Positions 12,120 through 25,300 of a stretch of 64,000 nucleotides of DNA are shown here, one piece after another. How positions within the stretch are numbered: the first letter of the stretch is position 1; each line of letters begins with the position of its first letter. The DNA comes from Heteronotia binoei (Eukaryota): contig NC_083239.1 in NCBI RefSeq assembly GCF_032191835.1, positions 22,382,001-22,446,000 on the forward strand, given 5' to 3'. The position numbers and the translations under genes are program-made. Under the pieces are notes generated by a model. The model did no database searches, had not been told where the DNA came from, and was given only the letters and a program-made list of their open reading frames with translations.

Positions 12120-12562
12120 TGTCAAGCATGGCTAATTCTGATCAATAACTAATGGTTTTAGGGCCTGACTAAAAGCAGACCTGGGTAGGATCCCAGAGAA
12201 CCAAATGTTGTAAGTTTATTATTCTTTCCTGGCTTTCCCCTTGCTTTATGACTGTTAATTAGAGGGAACAAAGCAATCGGCACCTTCCCATGAATTCTCC
12301 TCCGGGAGGATGAGCCATCTGGGCATTGCAAGGCCGAATGTCTGATAACGCCCTGGGAATGTATATAGTTTTGATATTCTATGTGTGAACGCTCCCCTGC
12401 TTCTCCTCCCATAGAAATCCCTTTGAAGTGTGTCTTACAAGTTGTGTATCAATGTATCGGTTTCATTCTCCTCAAGCAATGGCTTGAGCCAAAGTATCGG
12501 TCTATCAATAAACGTAGTCTTTGTATCAACTTCGACTCGTCATTGAACCCGTATGCTTGACA
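12120..12562 (+). repeat. 3' LTR of the Gypsy element
   Basis: About 96% identical to 6684-7126, preceded by the PPT and followed by the TSD GGCTG. Confidence 0.95.
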
Positions 12563-13392
12563 GGCTGAAGATCTCCCATAATTACACTTGATCTCCAGAC
12601 CACACCAATTAGTTCCCCCAAAACATGGCTGCGTTGGAAAGAGGACTCTATGGTATTATACTCTGGTCCCTCCTTTCTGTGAATCCCGCCTTCCCCAAGC
12701 TCCACTCCACTCAAAGTGTCGAGAAAGGCAGAAATGCTAAAAATGTCACATAGCCCACTGTTGGACTTTCCCCAACTACTGAAGGAGCATAACATTTTTA
12801 GGTGTGGACCACAAGCCGACATGTGAGACTGCAGGTTTTAATGGATCAGCAATACAATCAGTAAGGCGCTTTTGGAACAAGCTGGTTGTTCTTGGTCTTT
12901 ATTACTGCAGCAGAAAGAGAATGTGGCTGCTACATCAGTCCAACCTCCTTGTCAGGTTTGGCTTCTACACTGAAAATGAAGGAACTGCTCTTTCTGCTCT
13001 TGGTAGGAGACACAAGCTAATCAGCAACACTGCACAGTTGGCATTTCTAATTAGGAAAGACACTAGGGTGGGGAATCAGTGTCTCTGTCACAAACACACA
13101 TAAGTTAAAGGCACGACGAATGTCCACTTCCACCACTCAGACATCTAACCAACCTCACAGGGTACAAGCTAGGCCATGAGAACACAGGAAGGAGGCTGCT
13201 AAGTGACCCTCCCCCATTTCCCCAGATAGAAAGGGTGGGTCCAATGTGCTTCAGCGCCATACAGCTTGTGTAGCCCAACACAAATGGACTGTCTTGATGA
13301 CCATTCTCTTCCACAGGAGGCTGATGGTCAGGCTCTGCGAGGGTCTGGGGATGCCATTCTGCCCAGGCAGTGCCCCTTCCCAAAGCGAGGGC

Positions 13393-16300
13393 TTACAGTT
13401 CATCCATCATGGCTAGTAAGTCAGCTCCCTTGCTGGTGCTCTGCCTGGGCTGCTCTGCCACCTCAAACTCTTCCATGATGCGGCTCAGCTGCTCATTCCG
13501 CTCTTGGTCCTTGTTTAAAAGAGTGACATCATTACAAAGAACATCTTAAACGTGAACCATGCTGAAAATTCAACAACCCAGTCCTATCCCAACCTTGTAA
13601 GACACAGATGCCTGGACTCTTTCTACATCTGTTCTTTGAAAACCATAATTTAAAAATTAATTTCACCTCAGATAACTTTAGAAATTGCACAATGTGGCAG
13701 AGGAATTCCAGGTTTTGCAGATTGTTCCTCAATGAAACTGTTGTAAGGCCAGTTGCACTTACTGGGGGCATCTGAATAAGATTTTAAAGCCTGGTACCAC
13801 AACTTGAGTCAGTGGAACTTTAGCTGTGGCTTTCCTAAGTTCCAGGAACACAATGCCTTGGGAACTCCCTACCACAAGATGTAGTGATGGACACTGGCTA
13901 AATTGATAAAGCAAACCTGAGAAGTCCATGGAAATAAGTCTACCTGTGACGGAACGAGCCCGATTCTGCCTTCGGACCCAGTCCCGTCAACTCCCTATTG
14001 AGTCGCCAACTCCTGGAGGGAGCTATTTCTCCTCTGGCCACTTGGGCTCGCTGCCACCACCTGCTCAGGCTAGGGGTTCAGATTGAGAGGAACAGGACTC
14101 CCAATCCCCCTCTCCAGCTATGAGGCCAAGCCTCAAGGTCCTCTGCCACCCTGTACTTGGGTATCACAGAGACCACAGCCCTTCTTCGGGGAACCCCTGG
14201 AGGATTGGCACCTTATCCAACTGCATGCCTTCCCCCCTCCCCGGGGCCCCCTTCATACAGCAGCGTGGTCTAAGCGGTCGGGATCTATGTGGTACAGAGT
14301 TTGACTGCCAGCATTCAAAACAGAAAAAAAATGTTTAATAAGAGAAAGAAAATTAAAAAAACAAAAACAAAACCAGTTACATGTAAAAGTTTAGCACAGC
14401 ACCTGAATAGCAACCAGAGGACAAATAAAGGTGGATTTAAACGCATCTGCTCATCCCTGGTGTAAACTGGCCCTACCTTGTGAATGACTGCCTTGGGGCC
14501 ACCCCCACAGGCAGGAGCCCAGGCTACCAACCTTTCTCCTTCAGCGCCAGCTGCGGACTGCCTGTTTCCTGCCTAACTAAAAAAAAAGAACAAAAGAACT
14601 TCCTGCCCTTCTAGGAGGCTTTCCCCCTAGAGGCGCTGGTTTAACTCTGGAAGGGAGGAGGGGTTGGAGGGAGGCTAGGCCAAAGCCTACTTTAGTAGTT
14701 TAATGATCCCTCCCAATGAAGCACCAACATTGACTAAGATGGCGTTTCTCCACACTACCTATTGTTAATGACTGCAGATTCAAGAAGCTCCACTCTGTTG
14801 TGTTGCAGACCAAACATGAGAGTGTATGTTGATGCGGTTCTGGCCAAATAGACACTTTTCAACATTGACTATTTGACTGCAACCTGCCTAATGTGACAAG
14901 AGACAGCTGGATCCAGGACTCTAAATGTGAATTGGATAATTTGAGGTTTCTTTTAGCAGGGGTGAGTTCAATATTACATTAGCAGTTGCCAAATTCTTTT
15001 CTCAGTTGATTAAGATTAAAAATCACTAAATCCTTATACTATATTTTATAGGTATGTGTATTAATAATTTTTCTTTTATTTTTAGTCTCAGTATGACACT
15101 GCTCAGAACTGAATTGGCTATACAAGCAGTATCATTAAAATAAGTTAATGGCTGTGAAGAAATGCATTTTGTCCTGCGAGGTCAGAAATGAGTAAATTAC
15201 CCACTTTGCATTTTAAGTCCCCCCCAGGCAGAGAGCAGGTAGTGCGGGGAGTCACTTCAATTGCTTCCCAGATGTACCTCAGCTTAGCTACATACAAATA
15301 TTAATAGATATGGCGGAGGAGCTAATGGGTGGGTCAAGCTCTTTCTCTTCTCCAAGCAGGAAACAGATTACAAGGAACAGAGTATTAGAGTCTTCAGGAA
15401 GGAGGTTCCTGGAGGTTTCCAGGAAAACCCTTTTTGACCTAGCATGACCAGGTCAGTGGGAGGTGAAACAGCTATGATAAATATTTGCAGGAGGAATGAG
15501 GTCTCTTTTTCTTTGGGTGCTGCATCCAGGAGAGCAAGCAGACCTCTCCACTGACAAGGAAGCCATTTTGACCATGTGCTCACCTGAAAATCTGGAGCAA
15601 GCTTCAAGGAAATGGAAAAATCTGTAGAGAGCTAGAACTTCCTAAGCTAAAGAGCCTATCCTATTTTAACAAATGATAGGGCATGTATAGACAGAGGGAG
15701 AGGGCTTGCAGTTTTACCCATACCATATCTTTGGTATTCCTTGCTCAATCTAGTGTTGTGCTAAAGGTATGCTCATAAACTTTTTCTTTTTAATAAATAC
15801 TCTCTAACCTTTGATGCTGGTAGTGGTTCTCTGTACCACAAGGACCTCCTTCATCTCAGACATGCTCTTTTAAAAGGAGTGTCGGAGGAAGGCAGGCAAT
15901 TGGCAAGGGGGCATTCCTCCAGGGGTGCACAGGGCAGTAAACAGTTCCCATGGTGGCCAGGTGCTGATCAGTGGGAAACACAGATCTTGGAAGGGAAGCT
16001 GGGAGTCCTGACCCCCCTAGTGAATAATTTCATACAAAGGTCAGTGGTGATGGGCTACTTGAGGGAGAAAGAAAAACCTCTCCAGGTGTTGAGAAAAACC
16101 TAGGAAGGCAGCGGGGAACAGGGCCTGCAGGCCAGAGCAGGCAAATTCCACCACAATGGCCATAGCAAAAGAGAACTTCCACATGCGGAGATCGTAGGAG
16201 AAAACCGCAGGGAAGGGCAATCTCTTGGATGCACTGCTTCCTGGAAGCACCTGCCTGCTTATTACTGCCGACGGTGTGCTGAACTTTTGTTTGGATTCAG

Positions 16301-19300
16301 CAAGTCTCTTCTTTTGCATTCATAGAATGCAGGGTCCCCCCAATATGCAAAGGTATTCAATGTAAGCCGCATCTTCATGTAGTCATTTATGCAAGCAGAT
16401 CACACTAAACACAGATCCACCTGCATGTTCTGTAAAACTGAAAAGCTTGCATAGCATTACTTACACCTAGTGCTGTTTTCTGTTTAAATGTCCATAGCAG
16501 TGCACCCCTCACAAACATATGCTTTATTCAGTTACTGAACTAAAGCCACCCCACCCCCCCCAATTAGATGCTAGAGAGCAGTGATGGCATACCTGGTCTG
16601 CTTGGATGCTGACAACTTGATAAGAAAGCTCCTCTGGGCGTGTCAGTGCTGCATGTCTTGAGGGAAAGAAGAGATACTGAGATGAATTTCTTTTGCTGCC
16701 CAACAGGATGCTACAAAGATGATTTGTCTGAGAAGCTGCCCTTAGTGGTTTTCATTATACCTCTCTCACTGAAATGTTACTATGCTTAGTGCATTACTCA
16801 TTGATCCATACTGATGTATCTGGTTAGCATCCTCTGCGACCCTGGTGCTAGTTAAAGAAGGTGCTGACCTTCTCCAGTAGAGGGGTGTCATGATCCTAGG
16901 CCTAGTGAAGCTTGCAGGCTGTAGGGAAGCCTGTATTAAACTAGCTACAGGGCCCACATTTCCCAGGATCCCTTCTGTCCCTCTGATTGGATGGGCAGCA
17001 GTTTTGGAGGGAAAACTTGTCCAGTGAAAAACAGAAGAGTGGGACCTGGAAGGAAAGAATAAAAGGCCAGCTAGAGAGGGAGGGTTCTCTCTGGAAAAGC
17101 CGGGCTGGAGAGAAGGCTGAAGTCATGAGAGTTCCCTCATCTAAATAGTGGTGAGTCAGTTGGAAGCAGAAGGAAAGGAACTAGTTAATCGTGTCAGGGC
17201 TTTTATTTTCTTTATACCACCTTTACTATGTGTTTCACTTTCAATAATTAAAACCACTTCTTGTTCTTGACCACTTACAGTAAACATATTATTGTTACAC
17301 TGCCTGAGCCCTCACATCTATTCTGTCATGGATGGAAGGTATTTGTTAGGAAGGAAGACACAGGGGGTGGGTGCATGCTCTGGGCCCTCCCAGACAGACC
17401 CTTACCAGAGTGGTGGCAGCCAGTAGAAGGCTCTCCCTGGTCCCCTGCTTGTGACAAACACCACTCCCCACTTTTCTCCCCACACCCACACCACACACCA
17501 CACCACACACCACACCCACACCACACCAAAACTGAGACTGATCATACTCTTCCTCTTCATCTGTGGTGAAAAGATTCAGCCGGAAGCCTGCCTCAGTGCC
17601 CAGGGGCTTCTTTATCTCCAGGCCACCCATTAGCTTGGCCAAAAAATTCAGCTCTTCTTTAGCCAGAGGATTGGGAGCGGCATTCTCCTGCATGGAACAG
17701 CAATGGGGTTGTTACACAAAGAAGCAAATAAGTAGATACAAAGTGGCACTGGGAGGTCTCTGTCCATCAGGGTCGCTGCCTCCTAGACGGGCTGCTATGC
17801 AGAGGAAAGCAATGGTAAATCACCTCTGCTTATCTCTTGCCCTGAAAACCCCATCAGGTGGAACTTCATAGCGTTGCTATGAGTCGGTTGTGACTTGAAG
17901 GCATTCTTTACCTCATCTGGCCTTCAGAGGGAAAGGAGTTTTACAAGGGAACAATATACACCTGCATCATGAAATCACTTCTAAGGTAACTTGGGCAGCC
18001 AAAACTCCTATCAAGCTATCTGCTGCATCTCAGAGAGTGGGATGTAATATAACTTCATGGGATATTTCAGGACTTAGTTGACAATTGCACAGAGTCAAAC
18101 TTCTTGTTCCTGGGACTCCCCCTTTCTCCTCTCTGGAAATCTCTTGGGAAAAGAGATGCTCCTCTCCTGCCTGGGGGTGGGAGGGTCACTGCTATTCTCT
18201 CCTACTTCCTTCCTGCCCAGATTCTCTCCCAAGTCCTTCAGAGCTCTCAAAAAAAAAACCACACACACAGGACTACAGAAGTTGCATCTGGCAACTGAGA
18301 CAACTGGATCACGAGGGAGGGCTTGGAAAATAAAATCAAATCGAGCACATTGAGTAATGTTCTGATTAATATTGTTCCATCTTGCTTTTATCACAAAAGG
18401 ATCACACAGTGGAAATGTTTGTGCATGAAGCAATACTCCAGGCAGGTTCTAAACACAGCAGTGCTTGAGAAAGTAAAATACAAGAGACCAACCTTTATAC
18501 GGGATGCCGTATTTTTAGCTGTTCCTGACATGTGTGTCTCTACAGGCCGGCTGATGCTATACCTAGAGGCAAACAGAAAGCGCATTAGGCAGACAGGAGG
18601 AAAGGGGCCAAAAGCCCAGTACAGAGGTGTGACTTTGCAAGCCACTGCTTACATGTTTGTTCCCAGTTTAATGACTCTGTCTCCATAAAGGTCGAATGAG
18701 CCTTCTCGGATAGGAAGGAGATAATTCCCACCGTGAACAAACTCAGTTCTTTTAATTTCATCCCCTTTGCTGTTGAAAATCCTGAAAACATAAAAGCAAA
18801 ATAGAATCACCATTTTATAATTTTTTTATGGCACAGGCTTGTGGAGCTCTAGACTTTGTCTTCAAAAGGATCTGTTAGGAGCAGCTCAACTGGAGAGCTT
18901 AGTAACATGTGTATTATTCAATGAGCTGAGGATAATGCGTTTGCCAGTCTAGGGAAGACCATGAAGCTGTGCCCTACTGAATCAGACCATTGGTCCATCA
19001 AGGTCAGTATTGTCTGCTCTAGCAATGGCTCTCCAGTGGAGGTCTCTCACAGCCCCTAGTGCCTAGGGTTGCCAGGTGGTGACTGGAAATCTCTTGCGAT
19101 TACAACTAATCTCCAGATGACAGAGTTTAGTTCACCTGGAGGAAATGGCTGCTTTGGAAGGTGGATTCTATGGCATTATACTCCATTGAAATCCCTCACC
19201 AGGCTCCACCCCCCCCATCTCCCGGTATTTCCCAGTCTGGAGCAGGCAACCCTTATGGTTCAATGCCAGTGATTGTACCTAGAATCTTCTGCATGCCCAG

Positions 19301-22300
19301 CTGATGCTCTTCAACTGAACCAAAGCCCCTCCAGAGACACCCTTGCTCCTTCTTAGGATGGCAGTTTGTCTTAGTCCTTTTAACATGACACTCTAGGATG
19401 GGAAAGGTTGTACCTGCCCTACCTCCAGTGATGTACAGAAAGCAGCTTTAAAAAATCACCTGATGAGCCCTGGAATCTCTGTTCCCCAAGGAACTGGACC
19501 CGAGGTTGGGAGTACAAAGCGGCCATTGGAGTTCTGCACTTTATCTTTTAGGAAGATGGAGACCTGTTTTGTCAGGGAAATGGCTCCATTTACAAATTAT
19601 GTATGCTTCACTTCTGCATCTCATCATGCAGTCCCCTTTCCCCAGTTTTACTGGAATGGCTTTTCAGAAATACCCACCCTGATGTGCATGTCCTGAAAGA
19701 AGATGAGCAGTGTTTGCCTAATGAGCTGAAATTCGCCATCAGAGAGTGAGCCGTACATCTGGGAAAGAGAACTGGGTTGTGACATGAGCAACACACAAGG
19801 CTTCTGCTTTAGTGTTATTAATATTTATAAAGGCATATTTTTGAGTATTTCATATATCTTTACAACTGCTGGTAAACATTTCACAACTTCCCAAGGCCAC
19901 CCAGTAGATCACTAACTGCTTCTGGGATCCTAAACCAGGGTCTCCCAGGTTTAACCATCAACATGGAAATCTGGATCCAAATAAAATGTGCTTATTTCTC
20001 AAAACCTGGGCTCTGTTTCAGAATGGCCCTAAGTTCTGAATGGGTTACAACTTAAAGTTGCTGATCTATTACTGCCTGCTGATCAAATCCCCAAGTGTTA
20101 CTTTCTTTTATCACTGGTCATTCCACCCTCATTTGATATCCTGCTCTTTGATTCCTTTATAATTCCATTTTGGAAATCTATTTCCTTTATTATTTGGGAA
20201 GCTCTCACCTTTTCTGTAATCACACACAACTGCAATTAGTCAAGGTAGCTGACCACCCAAAAGCCACAAACAAAAGGACCGATTCCCCACTAGCCTTGTC
20301 TCGGTCTCATACTCTTCTCTGTGGTGCTTCCATCTGATTTTGCACAAGTTGCCGTGGAGCTACAACTCACCCCACCTCTTTCCCATGGCAAGCAAGATCC
20401 TCTGAAAACTGGTTTCTGCTTGCTGTGGGAAAGAGGCGGGGCGAGTTGCAGCCCTGTGGCAGCTTGTGCGAAACTGGATGGAAGCACCACGGAGAAGAGG
20501 AGCGTGAGTCCAGGACAAGGCTAGAGGGGAATCGGTAAAGGTTTGCATGAACTGGCTTTTCCTTCTTGTAACTCTTCTATAGTTATAAGTAACCAATGGT
20601 TGAACAAAACACAGAAGGCATGCTGTACGCTTACATCAATGAGCTGCCGAAAAGTTTCATCAACTTGATTCAGAATGCCAGGTGAATCTTGGATAAAATC
20701 CTTGATGGCATCTAAGTGATTGAAAGTGACAAGCAGAATGTCTCTAGGCCGGGGACAGAGTAGAACCTGGTACTTGAAGGCCATGGTCATGAGATCGTAG
20801 AGCTACAGGAAAAAAAAATGCAAGTAGAATCTAGTTGGATCACAGAACCCAGGCCAGTTAGCTAAGCTCCCATATCTGCAGTGCAGTTCTAAGTAGAGTT
20901 ACACTCTTCTGAACTCCAATGGACTTAGAAGGGGTGTAACTCTTCTTAGAATTGAACTGATAATTGGTTTAGTGCATCATAAGCAGAAATTCTAACTATC
21001 CCCCCGATAGAAATTCCTGAATGAGGATTTTTGTAGACAGGAAATACTTTTATCAGTTCATGCAAAAAACATTCTGTTATTCACATCCAGAGAAAGATAT
21101 CGGTAAGAAAATGAGGCAAACAAGGACATGGAAAAATAACGGCCCCAAACACTCATGAAGCAATCCTGATGTGTGACTGTGCTGATGCACATGCATGTCT
21201 AGCCATCCTCAGAAGAACTCGCATGCATAAAACCACACTCCTGCTGTCCCGTGGCTGAATGATTCATAAAACAGACCCACACTTGATTGCAGTCAGCCTG
21301 CCGACCATTTGGATTTCATGGGTTTAATTAGCCAGCAGGTTTTTCCCCAGGGAAAACTGGTTTCTGGAACTGCTAGGTGATAAGAGTTAAATGGAAAGAG
21401 GACATCTGCAAGGATCCAATAAGCAATGAACATGACCACAAAAGTGCACCTAGCATGGTGCACCAAAGCTGTTATATGACTCCACTATCACACATGCAAG
21501 TCCCACTGTTTCAGCCATTTTGTCAGATCTTTCTGAAGTTGCTGGACCATGATGGTGCAGTAAATCCTCTGCAATAAAGAGTATGGGCTTTGATCATATT
21601 CCCATTATGACTGCACATCCACACTCAGCCAACATGCAGAGTTGTGTAACTTGCCTCTAGTTCAATATTTTTTTGTAAAGAAGGAGTGCACTGCATTCCC
21701 CTTAATGCTAAGGGAAAAGGGAAGGTTCTGCCTTACCTTATCCATGCTGGCTTGGTTCAGCCTCATGATGGACGCATGCGCTAGCCGGTCATACACAGTT
21801 CTTAGGGCCTTCTTGGAATACAGTTCCTGTGGCTTAAACAGCTCCTCCATAAACTTTTTATTGAACATGGTTGTAATGATGTCATTCATAACTGTAAAGA
21901 CAAAAGAGCCCAATCTGTCAGGGATGCTTTTGGCTCCATTTTTAATTCTGCAGGACAAAATGGACGTTTGTTGCTGAGGGAAGGAAGGACTGCAGAGTCT
22001 GCTCCAAGTGCATCTCTGAAGCACCATCTTCGAAAAAGAAGGCCCTGCACATGGCTGTTCTTGTTTCCAAATACCCTTCAAGAAGGCATCCCCAACCCTT
22101 GCTGCCAAGGCTTTTTTATTTTTGTATTTATATAAGCATGCATGCGTGTGTGCACCTGGAAGTCATGGTGACCTCTGGTGACTGACCCTACTGGGGGCCT
22201 GGAGGATATTCAGGGAGGTGGCTGAATGAAGCCTGCCCCCACCTCCTGGCTTCTGGTTTCCAAGGAGGTCTCCCATTCAAGTACTTGCCAGAGTTGACCC

Positions 22301-25300
22301 TGCTTAGCTTCCAAGATCTGATGAGATCAGGCTTGTCTGGGTTATCCAGGTCAGGGCATCTTGCTGCCAAGGGTTTAATAAGCCTCATTAGCAATGCAGG
22401 ACCAGGAAACATCTACTTTTCTGGAGTATGAAACACTGGTGGCTGCTCTCACCGTTATTCCTCCAACAGACCCACCACAAAAGGGGGGGCAACATATTTG
22501 AGTCCAAAAACTCTGTAGAATGGCAGATGCTTTTTCTTTCACACTGGCAACCTGCACCAGCTCCATTTCTCACAATCATGACATAAAGCCTTCTGAATCT
22601 GCAGCACCTTGTGGGAATTATGAAGGCAATTATTGTGTCTGGTCCCTACTTGCAATCAGTTTGGACTGAGATAACACAACCAAATGCCACTAGTAGCAAA
22701 AGATGAATACTGGTGGCTTCTTCTTTATTAAATATGAATACATCCCTAAAGAGGCTTTCAGCTCAGCCCAGTACATATTAACGTCATTGCCCCTGCAGCA
22801 TCCAACATCTATATTCCTACAATAGCAGTGGTAGCACAACACCAGTGCTTTTTAATTACTAGTTTTAGGTGGGAATCTATTTTGATTTACAGTACAAGAG
22901 CAAGATTTGAGTCCTGTAGCACCTTAAAAAACTAACAAGATGTCCAAGGCATGAGCTTTTCAATAGCAGAAGCTCCCTTCATCTGATATTGGGAGCTCTG
23001 ACTCTGGACAGCATATACCCTGGAAATCTTGTTGGTCTTTCAAGCCTTAAAATTTAAGGTATTCCTGGATGTGAATCTTGCTATTTAACTATTACATTAA
23101 ATATTTTCCTCTAATGGTAAGTAAGAACTGCTGGTCTTCAGAGGATGCTCCCATTCATCAGAGCAGATCTCCCTCCTGCTGCTGTTGTTTGGGCACATGT
23201 AGATAATCATGAAAACTGGTGGGACATAGGACAAAAACTACACTAATGCATGACCTGAGGATTAAATACAGAGCAGGTAAAATATTTCATATTCTCAGCT
23301 GTCAAAATCAAAACTCTCAAGAATCAAGCTGATAGGATGTCCCTGTGTCTCGATGGGAAAGTGTCAACAATTCTCCAGTCACCAGCATCAGATTTTATGA
23401 GCCTGGAATTTTCGTAGCCAAATTGAGATTACCTGCAACTTTCTGGGGCAGAGGGATGTAATACGTTGTACGGGGGTTTGGTCTCCAATAAAACCAGATT
23501 CATGAGGGAAAGTCTGATAACTCAGGAGATTATCAGCACTGGTTAATATGGTTCTTCCTCTCCTGTCTTAGCGAAGATGGTCTAGTGATTTTTCCCCCCA
23601 GGCTCTCTACACAGTAGTGCCACTTATCAAGTATTTTCTGGCTGCTGTTTTCTGTTTTCCCTTGCATGAACAGCAGATGTTCCAGCTAGTATTCAACAAT
23701 GGTTGCTATGCACAAACCCTGGGGATGTATGAATAGAACCTTTATTTTGCAATTCCTTTTTGGTCATGTCTCTAACAATCCGAGCAAAGCTGCAGTAAAA
23801 AATCTTTCTGACTCTATGCTTCCAAAGAGAGTTTATAAGACACTAATCATTTGCAGCCCAAGGAAAGAGCCACCTATAGTAAAATTTAATGGTTCTTCCA
23901 TATTCCCATTTAGGACTTTTGGAATGAGCAACCTCATGCCTGATTCGTTTCTCTGTTAGCCCCAACCAGAAAAGTTCCTCTTGCAAGTTAAGAAACATGC
24001 TCAAGAGGGAGCAGTCACAAGAGTCACCTCTTCTTGCATTGTTTTTTCATGTCCACATGATGCATTAGATAAATGTGCCACTCTGCCAAAATGTAAGCCA
24101 CACAAAAAACCAAGTGGGTGAGACAGCCTACTCAGCTGCTCTCTCATCTCTCAGGATCTTTAGTACCAGTAAGTGATTAAACTTTGGGACTGTCTACATG
24201 AGATAGGAAATACTGACCTGTTCCATTATTTACAGTGGATCTCTGTGTGGGTGGCATGTTTGATTTCCAAATTACTGGGGCTCTGTAAGCAGCCAACCAT
24301 GAAAGCTAGACAGTGGCATCATTTTATACTGCCTCACAACTAGTCATGCCAAAGCCATCCTTCCAGTTCATATCTCCCCATAGCACACAAGCAATGCAGG
24401 ATTCCCCATCCATTTACTTCCAAAACTAAGGTGCAACTTGAAGCAATAAAAAACAGAGACATGGCAGCACTTGGACCAAATCTGTCCCACGATGAACTTG
24501 GTAAAACCTGATGGCTTCCTCTCCTTAATTCATTCCAAGCCTACAAAATGAGACGCAGCAATGGTTCAAGAATATAAACACAGGATATCTGAAGATGCCA
24601 GAGGAGAACAGTGACACACTCTGGGCTTAGTTAAAAAACAGTAGACTGGAACTAGTACAAGACAGCTGCCTACAAGAGCCGGGGGAGCTGCAATTACACA
24701 GCAGGGGAGGAAAGGGTGAGAGAGCTGGGAAAGCGTGACACACAGAGACAGCATGCATGCTCTCTGCCTGCATTTCGCTCATGAACAATGCTCATGGTAC
24801 TCATGCAGCTGCATGCTTGTGCTTGCATTGGTTTGACAAAGTTTGCCAATGACGATGTTCAACAGTTGGCTGGGTAAAACCCATTCAGGTGAGTTCCCAA
24901 AGAAGCTTACTTGAGGAGCATTCTTGAGATCTCTTTGTTCCTCAGTTCACCGTCAGGGTCATTTCTGCCAGTTTTTAAATGCAGAAAAGCCTCAGTCGAA
25001 GAACTGCTGGTCGGTCAATTGCTACCACTACAGCAGTGAAGCAGCAGGGGACGGAGTGTGTATGTGTGGGCACGTGGTTCTACTGCATGCAACTGAAAAC
25101 ATTACAGTACCTCGTCTCCTGTCCACATCAGTCCATTCATCTACATGAAGCATAAAACAGAAAAGAACGATGGGTCAAGTAGTAAGAACAACACTGACAA
25201 GCAGGCTGAAAGGGGAAAAAAATAAATCAAAAAGAATCCAAGCAAGGGACATCAGAGCTCAGGGTGCTGCTGTGCTGGAATTATATAACAGAGGAAAGTG

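Larger units (their letters stand above)
6684..12562 (+). mobile_element. Full-length Ty3/Gypsy chromovirus (Tf1/sushi group) LTR retrotransposon, decayed
   Basis: Two 443-bp LTRs (6684-7126 and 12120-12562) with 5-bp TSD GGCTG (6679-6683 / 12563-12567). Domain order gag-PR-RT-RH-IN-chromodomain. PPT GGGGGAGG at 12107-12114. Confidence 0.97.

Noticed and set aside
16041-16319. 92-aa hydrophobic ORF in an OSCP1 intron
   Set aside because: No recognisable family and no compatible splice phase with the OSCP1 exons.
22260-22358. 5S rRNA-like sequence
   Set aside because: Degenerate, fused to a SINE tail and dispersed in five copies, so it is not a 5S rRNA gene.
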